From Longimicrobiales bacterium (GTDB taxonomy: Bacteria; Gemmatimonadota; Gemmatimonadetes; Longimicrobiales; Gaopeijiaceae): DNA of 64,000 nucleotides. The notes under the pieces are model-generated. The model was not told the DNA's origin, did not search any database, and saw only the letters and a program-made list of their open reading frames with translations. Positions within the stretch are counted from its first letter, which is position 1, and each line of letters starts with the position of its first letter. Of the stretch, positions 48,894-58,278 are shown in pieces. The stretch is from NCBI GenBank assembly GCA_965198065.1, contig CBDAON010000004.1, forward strand, positions 1,504,001 through 1,568,000, in the 5' to 3' direction. The translations under genes were made by a program, and so were the position numbers.

Positions 48894-49835
48894 ATGGCTA
48901 AGTCAGGACCCGGCAAGAACTTTAGGAAGGGGCTTTCACTCATTCAGGTTATGCGAATGTTCCCAGACGACGCGACGGCTGAGCGGTGGATCGCTCAGTG
49001 CCGGTGGGACGGCAAGCCCGCTTGCCCGCACTGTGGGGGCGAGAACGTACAGGTAGGCGCGAAGCATCCGAGCCAGCCTTACCGTTGCCGCGAGAAGGGT
49101 TGCCGGAAGTTCTTCAGCGTGAAGACGGGCACCGCAATGGCCGGAAGCAATCTCGGCTATCAGGTGTGGGCGATCGCTTCCTACCTGCTCGCGACTGGTC
49201 TGAAGGGTCAAGCCTCCATGAAGCTGCACCGGGATCTAGAGATCGGGCAGAAGGCCGCGTGGTTCCTAGCACACCGGCTCCGGGAGACGTGGGAGACGCA
49301 GCAGGCTCCGTTCGAGGGTCCGGTGGAGATTGATGAGACCTACGTAGGTGGGCTGGAGAAGAACAAGCACGCAGGCAAGAAGGCGAACCTGGGCCGGGGT
49401 CCGGTGGGCAAGGCAGCCGTCGTCGGTGCGAAGGACCGGGAGACGAATCGGGTGGCTGCTCGCGTGGTCGAAGCTACCGACAGGCCGACGCTCCAGGGTT
49501 TCGTGCGAGGCCAGGTCGCGGATGGGGCCAGGGTGTACACGGACGAAGCGAGGGCGTATGATGGCCTCGCCAATCGGGAGACCGTGAAACACTCGGTGTC
49601 AGAGTACGTGAACGGCCAGGCCCACACGAACGGCGTGGAGTCCTTCTGGTCGATGCTCAAGCGCGGCTACCACGGCACCTACCACAAGATGTCCCCGAAG
49701 CACCTCCAGCGCTACGTCAACGAGTTCTCCGGCCGCCATAATATCCGACCGCTCGACACCATCCAGCAGATGCGGGCTATCGTCCGGGGGCTGGAGGGCA
49801 AGCGGCTACGCTACCGGGACCTGGTGGCGAATTGA
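48894..49835 (+). CDS. IS1595-family transposase
   Basis: CPHCG Zn finger, VEIDETYVGG, YTDE, HTNGVESFWSMLKR. Confidence 0.95.
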   Translation: MAKSGPGKNFRKGLSLIQVMRMFPDDATAERWIAQCRWDGKPACPHCGGENVQVGAKHPSQPYRCREKGCRKFFSVKTGTAMAGSNLGYQVWAIASYLLATGLKGQASMKLHRDLEIGQKAAWFLAHRLRETWETQQAPFEGPVEIDETYVGGLEKNKHAGKKANLGRGPVGKAAVVGAKDRETNRVAARVVEATDRPTLQGFVRGQVADGARVYTDEARAYDGLANRETVKHSVSEYVNGQAHTNGVESFWSMLKRGYHGTYHKMSPKHLQRYVNEFSGRHNIRPLDTIQQMRAIVRGLEGKRLRYRDLVAN

Positions 49836-49960
49836 GGATTTCGACCAGCCCCGTCCGAAACCCCAAATTTTAACAGTAAGCAAAGTATTAAAATAATGAG
49901 TTGATGATTATACTTTTTCGGCTTAAGAGTAAAGCCTTTCGTCGTAGGGGGTGGTAAGTA

Positions 49961-51115
49961 TTGAACCCATCAGAGTTTACAGACGACAAGCCCGGTCTTT
50001 TGGTGCCTCTGTCGAATACGTCGACGGACGTTTCTCACGCTTTTATTCCGGACTCTTTACCTCCGCGGGCCTGGAAGCTTCCGAATGACATCTGGCAGAC
50101 GCTAGTAGAAGCTAGGGCAAGCATCGCTGGCTTGGATGGGGTTGGAAAGCATTTGCCTAATCCTAAGATATTGCTTCGTCCGATCCAGCATCTAGAAGCG
50201 CAACGGTCGTCTCAACTCGAAGGGACGTTCACGGACCCACAGAAGCAGGCACTCTTTCAGGCTGACCCGAGATACCCGGCATCTGTGGGCGATCCGCTGA
50301 ATCCTTACCGAGAAGTATTCAACTACGGCCGAGCGTTGCAACTCCGACAGCAGAGCGGCCTCCCGCTGTCGAAACGCCTAATCCAAAATCTGCACGAAGT
50401 TCTGATGGATGGTGTCCGCGGCTACGGAGAACAGCCTGGAGAGTTTCGGACGATCCAAAACCAGATTGGGTACCCGGCTAGGTTTGTTCCGCCGCCGCCA
50501 GAGAACGTCATAACAGCCATGAACGACCTGGAAATGTTCATGAACACCCCAGGCGACCTTGACCCGCTCGTACGCGCCTTCCTAACTCACTACCAGTTTG
50601 AAACGATTCACCCGTTCCAAGATGGTAACGGGCGTGTCGGTCGATTACTGCTGGCGCTGACCATCGCTGAATGGTGCGGCTTGTCAAGCCAGTGGCTCTA
50701 TATGAGTGCCTACTTCGAGCGTTACAAGAAGCAGTACATGGACTTAATGCTCTTGGTTAGCACGCACGGAGACTGGGATCGTTGGGTTAAATTCTGCTTA
50801 GAGGGAGCTATCGAACAAGCCAATGACACCGAACGCCGTTGCGATAAGCTACTCGACCTTCATCGCGGCTTCCAGTCGCGTCTCAAAGGCGGAAGCGTGC
50901 GGCTCTCAACACTCATCGATGGTCTGTTCGAGAATCCAGTCGTGACTGTGGTGAGAGTGAAGGAAACATTTAACGTGACTTATCCGACGGCGAGATCAGA
51001 TTTGAAAAAACTTGAAAGTCTCGGGATTTTGCAGCGGCTGCCAGACGCGACTCGGATCACGTATTACTGTGAATCCATCTACAGAGTCACATACCAGAAC
51101 ACTAACGACCTTTAG
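49961..51115 (+). CDS. Fic-family protein (Fic_N + Fic + C-terminal HTH)
   Basis: HPFQDGNGRVGR; N-terminal SSQLEG inhibitory-type motif; lower GC. Confidence 0.92.
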   Translation: MNPSEFTDDKPGLLVPLSNTSTDVSHAFIPDSLPPRAWKLPNDIWQTLVEARASIAGLDGVGKHLPNPKILLRPIQHLEAQRSSQLEGTFTDPQKQALFQADPRYPASVGDPLNPYREVFNYGRALQLRQQSGLPLSKRLIQNLHEVLMDGVRGYGEQPGEFRTIQNQIGYPARFVPPPPENVITAMNDLEMFMNTPGDLDPLVRAFLTHYQFETIHPFQDGNGRVGRLLLALTIAEWCGLSSQWLYMSAYFERYKKQYMDLMLLVSTHGDWDRWVKFCLEGAIEQANDTERRCDKLLDLHRGFQSRLKGGSVRLSTLIDGLFENPVVTVVRVKETFNVTYPTARSDLKKLESLGILQRLPDATRITYYCESIYRVTYQNTNDL

Positions 51116-51159
51116 TCCGTGGCTTCTTATGGACCGTCACCGGAGGCGATGAGAAACCC

Positions 51160-51351
51160 ATGACACCCAACGATAAGCCATCAAAGCCCACCGGAACGAA
51201 GCAGCCCCGTGGCCGTCCGGTGAAGTACCCGCTACCGGAGCCGATCCCTGACACGCCCGCGAACATCATGAAGGCGTTCATCAAGACGCCGCCGAAGAAG
51301 CGCGGGGAGTGGAAATTCGTGCAGAAGCAGGACAAGAAACAGGCCCCGTAG
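51160..51351 (+). CDS. Small basic protein inside the IS1595 element
   Basis: 63 aa, PRGRPVKYPLPEPIPDTPANI; GGAGG upstream; ends 11 nt before the right IR. Confidence 0.55.
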   Translation: MTPNDKPSKPTGTKQPRGRPVKYPLPEPIPDTPANIMKAFIKTPPKKRGEWKFVQKQDKKQAP

Positions 51352-51449
51352 CACCGGGGCCGTGGTTACGATTGGATGTAATCCCCTTTTTTTAATTCCC
51401 CCGTGAGCGACTGTCGGGGAAGGGGGTGGGGCCAGTGAGAGGAGGTGGG

Positions 51450-52550
51450 ATGACTGGGACGGCGACCGTCGCCCCGGGAGGCTACCACCCGGGGCCGAAG
51501 GATACCGGAGTCGTGAGGCCCAAGGGGACCTCGAGGATCCCCAGCCACGCGGGGCTGGAGACCATCCCGGGTCGGGATCGGAAGCCCGGGTGGCTCAAGG
51601 TGCGCTCCCCCGGCGGCCCGAACTACCGGAGCCTCCAGCGGCTGATGGGGTCCCAGGGCCTCCACACCGTGTGCGAGGAGGCCGGGTGTCCCAACATCGG
51701 GGAGTGCTGGGAGGCCGGCACCGCTACCTTCATGATTCTGGGCGACGTGTGCACCCGCGCCTGCAAGTACTGCGCGGTGGCACACGGGATGCCCACGGAG
51801 TTGGACCGGGACGAGCCTCGCAGGCTAGCGGATACGGTCGCGGCGATGGAGCTCGAGCACGTCGTGATCACGTCCGTGAATCGGGACGACCTCCCTGACG
51901 GGGGGGCGGGGATCTATGCCGCGTCGATCCGGAAGATCCGATCCCGGCTCCGGCAGTGCTCGGTAGAAGTCCTGATTCCGGACTTCAAGGGTGACGAGCA
52001 AGCGCTCCAGGTCGTGGTGGACGCGAGGCCGGCGATCCTCGGGCACAACCTGGAAACGGTCGCGCGCCTGCACCCTCAGGTACGGCCGGGGGGGCGGTAC
52101 TGGCGGTCGATCTCGTTCCTCGGGGCGGCGAAACGGATCGACCCGACGATCCTGACGAAGACCGGGATCATCCTCGGGATGGGGGAGCGAGCGCACGAGA
52201 TCCGGGAGGCGATGGTGGACCTGCGCGATGCGTCGGTCGACATCCTCACGCTGGGACAGTACCTGAGGCCGTCCGAGGCCCACATTCCGGTGGCGCGGTG
52301 GGTGACCCCGGACGAGTTCCGGGCCTGGAAGCGCGTCGGGGAGCAGGAGCTCGGATTTCGACACGTCGAATCGGGCCCCCTCGTGCGCTCGTCCTACCAC
52401 GCCAAGGAGCAGGCCCGGGAGGTCGAAGCCGGGGGTGCGGGGAGGGTCCGCGAGGTGATGGAGGCGGACGTTCCCGCTCCGGCCGAGCGAGGTGACCTAC
52501 GTCTCGTGCAGCTCAAGGTGGGGCGCCCGCCAGGCAACGGAAACGGGTGA
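51450..52550 (+). CDS. lipA: Lipoyl synthase
   Basis: CEEAGCPNIGEC, CTRACKYC, PLVRSSYHA. Confidence 0.96.
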   Translation: MTGTATVAPGGYHPGPKDTGVVRPKGTSRIPSHAGLETIPGRDRKPGWLKVRSPGGPNYRSLQRLMGSQGLHTVCEEAGCPNIGECWEAGTATFMILGDVCTRACKYCAVAHGMPTELDRDEPRRLADTVAAMELEHVVITSVNRDDLPDGGAGIYAASIRKIRSRLRQCSVEVLIPDFKGDEQALQVVVDARPAILGHNLETVARLHPQVRPGGRYWRSISFLGAAKRIDPTILTKTGIILGMGERAHEIREAMVDLRDASVDILTLGQYLRPSEAHIPVARWVTPDEFRAWKRVGEQELGFRHVESGPLVRSSYHAKEQAREVEAGGAGRVREVMEADVPAPAERGDLRLVQLKVGRPPGNGNG

Positions 52551-53256
52551 GCGACATGGCCTGGACCAGGTGATCGACGGTGCCCAGGGGTCCCGATTCC
52601 TCCAGACATTGAAAGCCATCCTGGAAGAGCCGGTGGCCGCGCCCGTCGCCTCGCGCCGCGTGCTCAATCAGCTCGATCATCTGCTCTCCCCCTTCCCTGA
52701 CCCACTCCCGATACTGGTCCGTGGGCGGCTGGTGCCTGCGCAGGTACCGGAGTAACGGATCCAAGTCGAAGTCCGACTGGTATATACCTGCCCCAGCCGC
52801 CTCGGTCTCGGAGGCGTTCCATGCCTGCTCCACGTGCCTCGGAGTGGGGACGACCATGACCGGCTTCCCGAGCCAGAGCGCCTCCGCCACGGATTAGAAC
52901 CCGGCCGTGCCCACGAACCCGCGGCAGGTCCTCATCATATCGAGGAATCGCGTGTCCGAGAGCCGGTGGAAGATCAGGTTCGGGTGGACTTCCGCCCGCT
53001 CCGCCACGTCCTCACGGCTCCAGAAGCAGTGGAGGACGACGTCCCGGTTTCGCTCGTGCCACCGGGCGATCGTCTCCGCGAACCCCGGGTGCAGGATGTA
53101 AGCGAGGATGTGCTCCCCGGTCTCGGGCGTGGCGTCGAGCACGGCTCGCCGAAGGAGCGGCGGGACCACGCGTGTCCGGCCTCCCTCCCCGTCGGGGAGC
53201 TTCCTGAGGGAAAGGGCAAGGCGCAGGGTCTCACCGGGGGCGGACACGCGGTTCAA
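52513..53256 (-). pseudogene. GT-B glycosyltransferase C-terminal part, N-truncated and frameshifted
   Basis: VVPPLLR, TAGF.SVAEALWLGKPVMVVP..HVEQAWNA. Confidence 0.7.
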
Positions 53257-53299
53257 GAGCCGGAAAACGGCTCCGTGGATCGGGTTCCCCGGCGCCGTG

Positions 53300-53675
53300 C
53301 GAGAGCCGGCACCGTCCCCACGTTGGCGAGGTATCCGGCGGGAAAGACGATCGCGTCCTCTTTGCTGAAGAAGTCAGCGAGGCGCTCCTCCAGCTCCAGG
53401 TGGAGCCTCATCGTCCCATTCAGCAGGCGGCTTCCGGTGAGCCCCGTGCCGAAACGACGGGTCGCCTCCCGGTTCGCCTCCAGGACGCGGGGATGGTGGG
53501 TGAGACCCAGATAGTTGTTCGAGCCCGCCATGATGCGCGTCCGGCCGTCCACGAGCACCCGCGTGACTCCGACCTCCTCCATGACTCGGAAGAACGGATA
53601 CACGCCCCGCTCGACGGCCTCCTCGGGGTCGCGGTATTCGCGGGTGCGCCGGAGGATGGGTGGAAGCTCGGTCAT
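53300..53675 (-). pseudogene. Alpha-oxoamine synthase (serine palmitoyltransferase/BioF-like) N-terminal fragment
   Basis: GVYPFFR, GSNNYLGLT, GTGLTGSRLLNGT, GYLANVG; stops before the PLP-binding lysine. Confidence 0.8.
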
Positions 53676-54820
53676 GCTGCGCCTTCGTAGATCCGCCAGC
53701 GCCGGTAAGGACGCAGCCCCAATCGCTCGAGCGGCCGAGTCATGGGCTCGTTGTCTTCGACGATCCAGGACGCTTCGGCCATGACGGCCCCGTAGGCGCG
53801 GCCCCGGCGAAACGCCTCGGCGGCAAACAGGGCGAAGATGCCCCGCGAACGATGCTCCTTCTTGATCCCGAGCGCCATGAGCCGGCCCGTCCGGAGCCGG
53901 CTCTTCCCCAGGAGCAGCTTCAGGAAGCCGAAGGGGAGGAGCCGGCCGCTCGGGATCTCCTTCAGGATCCGATTGAAGTCGGGGACGATGAGGAGGACGC
54001 CCACCGGTTCCCCCCGGACCTCGGCCAGGAACGCGAACTGGGGAATGAGCAGGGGCTTGAGCTCCCGGCCCAGGTGGAAGAACTCCTCTCGCGTCATGGG
54101 CACGAAGCCCCAGTTGGGTTCCCACGCCGCCTGGTAGATCTCCCAGATCCGCTCGAGCTCCCCATCGACGTCCGACAGGTTCACGTCACGGAAGGTGAGG
54201 CCGCTCGTGCGGCGTGCCCTCTCGGCCTGCTCGAAGAAGGAGGCGGGGAGCTCGAATCCCGAGCCCATGGGGATCGGATAGGCAAGGAGCTCTTTCACGC
54301 CGTGGAGTCCGGTCCCCTCCAAGAGGCCGGCGTAATAGGGCGGGTTCCAGGGCGTCAGAAACAGGGGATGGCGCCCGAACCCCTTCACGAGGAGCCCGCA
54401 TTCGTGGTTTGTGGACGGGCTCACGGGTCCGCGGATGCGCTCCAGCCCCCTGCTCGCGCTCCACTCGCGCGCCGCGTCCACGAGTGCCTCAGCCGTCTCG
54501 GGGTCCTCGCGGCACTCGAAGAATCCGAAGAACCCGACCCGGTCAGCGTGGAACTCGTTGTGCGCCGGGTTCTGGATCGCGGCAATCCGACCGACCGGGT
54601 GTCCATCGCGCTCCGCCAGGAGGAGCTCGCGCGTCATGCGCTTCCAGATCGGGTTCGAGCCGTCCAGCAGGCCCCGGACTTGGATCCTGAGCGGTGGGAT
54701 CCACTGCGCGTGGAGCGTGCGGTCGCAGACCGACCAGGGGACCCCGATGAACCGGGTGAGATCCCTCCGGCTTTCCACCCTTCGAACCGTGAGGACGCCG
54801 GGCCGGGGGGCCGAGCTCAC
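53672..54820 (-). CDS. GNAT-fold acyltransferase, bacterial ceramide-synthase-like
   Basis: WIPPL, GRIAA, GFFGFFE, PWNPPYY, WEPNWGFVP, SWIVEDN; ATGA-coupled to the spt-like gene. Confidence 0.7.
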   Translation of the reverse strand: MSSAPRPGVLTVRRVESRRDLTRFIGVPWSVCDRTLHAQWIPPLRIQVRGLLDGSNPIWKRMTRELLLAERDGHPVGRIAAIQNPAHNEFHADRVGFFGFFECREDPETAEALVDAAREWSASRGLERIRGPVSPSTNHECGLLVKGFGRHPLFLTPWNPPYYAGLLEGTGLHGVKELLAYPIPMGSGFELPASFFEQAERARRTSGLTFRDVNLSDVDGELERIWEIYQAAWEPNWGFVPMTREEFFHLGRELKPLLIPQFAFLAEVRGEPVGVLLIVPDFNRILKEIPSGRLLPFGFLKLLLGKSRLRTGRLMALGIKKEHRSRGIFALFAAEAFRRGRAYGAVMAEASWIVEDNEPMTRPLERLGLRPYRRWRIYEGAA

Positions 54821-54837
54821 GGGGCCCCGGCGTTCGC

Positions 54838-55410
54838 TCAATGGGTGGCCTCTCCCTCGGAGAAGCGTACCTGTGGAGCCGCACGTTCGGCCTCGCCGAT
54901 CTCGAAGAACTCCCGGGCCCGGAAGCCGAACGCGGTCGCCACCAGGTTCGTGGGGACCTGTCTGGTGCTCGTGTTGTAGTCGCGCACGTACGTGTTGTAC
55001 GTGCTGCGCGCTCGCTGGATGTGGTCCTCCAGGCTCGCGAGGGAGTCCTGGAGCTGCCGGAAGTTCTGATTCGCCTTCAGGTCCGGGTACGCCTCGGAGA
55101 GGGCGAAGATGGACCGGAGCGAGTTCGCGAGGGCGCCCTCCGCCCGGCCCTGCTCGTCCGGTCCCCGTGCGGTCATCGCGGCGTTCCTGGCCTGGATCAC
55201 ACGCTCGAGCGTGTCGCGCTCGTGGGTCGCGTATCCCTTCACCGTCTCGACGAGATTGGGGATGAGGTCGTGACGGCGCTTCAACTGCACGTCGATGTCC
55301 GCCCAGAAGGCATCGACTCGCTCCCGCATCTGCACGAGCCGGTTGTAGAGCACGACGGCCCCAGCGAGAACCGCCAGTACCACCAGGAGAATCCACATGG
55401 TCGAGGTCAC
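54838..55410 (-). CDS. lemA: LemA family protein
   Basis: YNRLV, DVQLKRRHDLIPNLVETVKGY, EAYPDLKAN. Confidence 0.93.
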   Translation of the reverse strand: MTSTMWILLVVLAVLAGAVVLYNRLVQMRERVDAFWADIDVQLKRRHDLIPNLVETVKGYATHERDTLERVIQARNAAMTARGPDEQGRAEGALANSLRSIFALSEAYPDLKANQNFRQLQDSLASLEDHIQRARSTYNTYVRDYNTSTRQVPTNLVATAFGFRAREFFEIGEAERAAPQVRFSEGEATH

Positions 55411-55678
55411 TCCCGAGCTGGGTCGCGGGGCGCCGCGACGGGATCGATGGAGCCGCCCTCACCGGAAACCATGATAGGGACCTGCGCGTTCGCATGTAAA
55501 GCCGGCGAAAGCCCCGATCCCGGGCCCGGGGCGGGCCGGAAGCGGGGTAGCAACGGGCTGGTCCCCCCTCTAACTTAGCGCTCGCAGCGACGCGCCCCTC
55601 CGTGCTTTTCGAGCGCCCTGCCAGCTGCGCGCGCCGACCCTGGGCGCGACCCCAACCATCGAGAACCCGGAGTCCAGT

Positions 55679-57091
55679 GTGGTGGGAAACGACAAGAGCA
55701 GCTTCGATCTGCTCGTGGTCGGAGCCGGCCCCGGCGGGTACGTCGCGGCCATTCGAGCGAGCCAGCTCGGGATGTCCGTGGCGTGCATCGAGGCGGACCG
55801 TCTGGGAGGCGTCTGCCTCAACATCGGATGCATTCCGACGAAGGCGCTCCTTAGGTCCGCGCTGATGGTGAAGGAGGTGCGCGAGGCGGGGAAGCACGGG
55901 ATCTCGACCGGGCAAATCGCCGTGGACCTCGGGCCTGCACAGGAGCGGAGCCGCGCCGTCGCGGACCAGATGGCAAGGGGGGTCGAGTACCTCTTCAAGG
56001 AGAAGAAGGTGACCCACATCGACGGTTTCGGTCGATTGGTGGGACAGGGGAGAGTCGAGGTCGAGGACCGGGGCGGCGCGACGACGACTTATTCGGCGCC
56101 TCACATTCTCTTCGCGACGGGATCCCGCCCCCGGAACCTCCCGTTCCTCGAGATCGACGGGGAGCACATCTGGTCGTCGGATCATGCCCTCTTCCAGAAG
56201 AGAGCCCCGAAGACGCTCCTCATCGTGGGTGCGGGCGCGATCGGGATGGAGTTCGCGGACGTGTTCGACGCCTACGGGTCCGAGGTGACGATTGTCGAGG
56301 CGCTCGATCGGCTCCTCCCGATCGAGGACGAGGACATCTCCGCTCACATTGAGAAGGCGTACAAGAAGCGGGGGATGACGATCCACACCGGGGCTCGCCT
56401 GGAGCTGGCCGAGCCCGCGAAGGGTGGGGTCACGGTCAAGTTCAAGGACAGGGAAGGCAAGGATCACTCGGTCACGGTCGAGAAGATCCTCTCCGCTGTC
56501 GGGCGGGTACCCAACACCTCCGACCTGGGGCTCGAAGAGGCAGGCGTCGTGACCGACAAGGGCGGCTTCGTCGAAGTCGATGAGTGGATGCGGACGAGCG
56601 TTCCCGGCGTGTACGCGATCGGCGACTGCGCCGGCGGCGCGCTCCTGGCCCACAAGGCCTCGCACGAGGGGATCGCCTGCGTGGAGCATATTGCGGGGCA
56701 GGCGCACGGCCCGGTGGACTATGGCAACGTCCCGAACTGCACATACTGCCATCCCGAGGTCGCATCCGTCGGGATGACCGAGCGGCAGGCCAGGGATGCC
56801 GGCTACGAGGTCGAGATCGGCCGCTTCCCGTTCGTCGGGAACGGACGCGCCGTCGCCATGGGCGACGCGGCGGGGTTCCTGAAGGTCGTGCGGGACAGGA
56901 AGTACTCGGAGGTCCTGGGGGCCCATATCGTCGGACCACACGCGACCGAGCTGATCGCCGAGTTCGTCCTCGGGAGGCACCTCGAGTCGACGGCCGAGGA
57001 GATGGAGAAGGCCATGCACCCGCACCCGACCCTGTCCGAGACGGTGGCGGAGGCGGCGCTCGCGTCGGTTGGGCGGCCGATCCACATCTAG
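55679..57091 (+). CDS. lpdA: Dihydrolipoyl dehydrogenase
   Basis: GAGPGGYVAAIRA, GGVCLNIGCIP, HPHPTLSE. Confidence 0.96.
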   Translation: MVGNDKSSFDLLVVGAGPGGYVAAIRASQLGMSVACIEADRLGGVCLNIGCIPTKALLRSALMVKEVREAGKHGISTGQIAVDLGPAQERSRAVADQMARGVEYLFKEKKVTHIDGFGRLVGQGRVEVEDRGGATTTYSAPHILFATGSRPRNLPFLEIDGEHIWSSDHALFQKRAPKTLLIVGAGAIGMEFADVFDAYGSEVTIVEALDRLLPIEDEDISAHIEKAYKKRGMTIHTGARLELAEPAKGGVTVKFKDREGKDHSVTVEKILSAVGRVPNTSDLGLEEAGVVTDKGGFVEVDEWMRTSVPGVYAIGDCAGGALLAHKASHEGIACVEHIAGQAHGPVDYGNVPNCTYCHPEVASVGMTERQARDAGYEVEIGRFPFVGNGRAVAMGDAAGFLKVVRDRKYSEVLGAHIVGPHATELIAEFVLGRHLESTAEEMEKAMHPHPTLSETVAEAALASVGRPIHI

Positions 57092-57458
57092 GTGCGTTCG
57101 CTCGCCTCTTCCCTGAGGCTCCTAGGCAGGTAGCGGGCCCCCGGCCCCATCCGAGCCGCTCGATCTCCCGGGTTCGAGACCCGACACCCGTCGAGTGACA
57201 GGCATCCGCACCCGATGCAGGCGTCCAGCCCGTCTCGGAGCGCCGTGAGCGCCTCGATCTGCTCTTCCAGGCGGCCGCGCCATCCTCGGGACAGCCTGCT
57301 CCAGTCCGCGCGGGTGGGTGTGCGCCCGCCCGGGAGCCTCTCTAGCTCGCTCCGGATCTCATCCAGAGTAACGCCGACGTTTACCGCGGCCCGGATGAAC
57401 GCGAGCCGACGAAGCGCGTCGCGACCTCGCCGATCGTGAGGAGATCCGACGGGTCCAT
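57088..57458 (-). pseudogene. soxR: SoxR redox sensor with the HTH internally deleted
   Basis: MDPSDLLTIGEVA jumps out of frame to RDALRRLAFIR...CIGCGCLSLDGC. Confidence 0.82.
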
Positions 57459-57467
57459 GGATGACTC

Positions 57468-57498
57468 TTGACTTAAAGTACGCTTTAACTTCTAAAGT
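57468..57498 (+). promoter_or_regulatory. MerR/SoxR-type promoter with operator
   Basis: TTGACT-19 bp-TAAAGT with palindrome TTAAAG-TACG-CTTTAA in the spacer. Confidence 0.75.
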
Positions 57499-57639
57499 AG
57501 TGGATAGGATGTCCCTGAACGGTCGGCGATCTTGCCCCGGGGGAGCGGATCGCGCTCCCAGCCGGGGCCGAGGCCGTGGTCGCGGGGCCGTATCGGGCCT
57601 CCGCATCGGCACCCGCGAGGCTCTGGAGAGCCACGATCG

Positions 57640-58251
57640 CCGGGGGGGGAGTTTCTAGAGATCCTCCGCCGACACGGCCGGCCGATACGGTACGCGTACG
57701 TGGAGGGACGGTGGCCGGTCTCGGCCTATCAGACCGTGTTCGCCCGCCATCCGGGAAGCGCCGAGATGCCGAGCGCCGGCCGCCCGTTCACCGGCCGACT
57801 CGTTCGGGAGCTCGTGGCTCGCGGCGTAAAGCTCGCGCCCATCACGCTCCACACCGGGGTGTCGTCGCTCGAGCCCGGTGAGCCTCCGTACCCCGAGCGT
57901 TTCCGGGTATCGCGCGGCACGGCGGATCAGATGAACCGGACGCGGGCCGGCGGCAATCGGGTAGTCGCGGTGGGCACGACCGCGGCACGGGCCATCGAGA
58001 GCGTGGCGAGCTCATCTGGGAGGCTTGAGGCGCGGGAGGGCTGGACGGATCTCGTCCTCGGCCCTGATCGACCCGCTCGTGCGACGTTGGGGATCGTGAC
58101 GGGCTGGCACGCGGGCGGCGGGTCGCACCTCCGGCTGCTCGAGGCCGTGGCCGGCCCGGAGCTCGTGGAGCGGGCGTATTGGGAAGCTCGGGCGAGCGGA
58201 TACCTCTGGCACGAATTCGGGGATTCGTGTTTGCTCTTGTCGGAGGGGTGA
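57640..58251 (+). pseudogene. QueA-like protein, N-terminal half missing
   Basis: GRPIRYAY, YQTVFA..PGSAEMPSAG, LHTGVSS, AVGTT, YLWHEFGDS. Confidence 0.75.
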
Positions 58252-58278
58252 GGCTACCGGAGGCCTCCGGCGCGCCCC

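Larger units (their letters stand above)
48807..51386 (+). mobile_element. Complete IS1595-family element carrying passenger genes
   Basis: Perfect 24-bp IRs GGGGATTACATCCAATCGTAACCA (48807-48830; 51363-51386); flanks TTTTAATT on the left and TTT+TTTTAATT on the right. Confidence 0.93.

Noticed and set aside
53672..57085. 1137-aa minus-strand ORF
   Set aside because: Mostly the antisense shadow of lpdA and an off-frame read of lemA; only the last ~380 aa (GNAT) are protein-like
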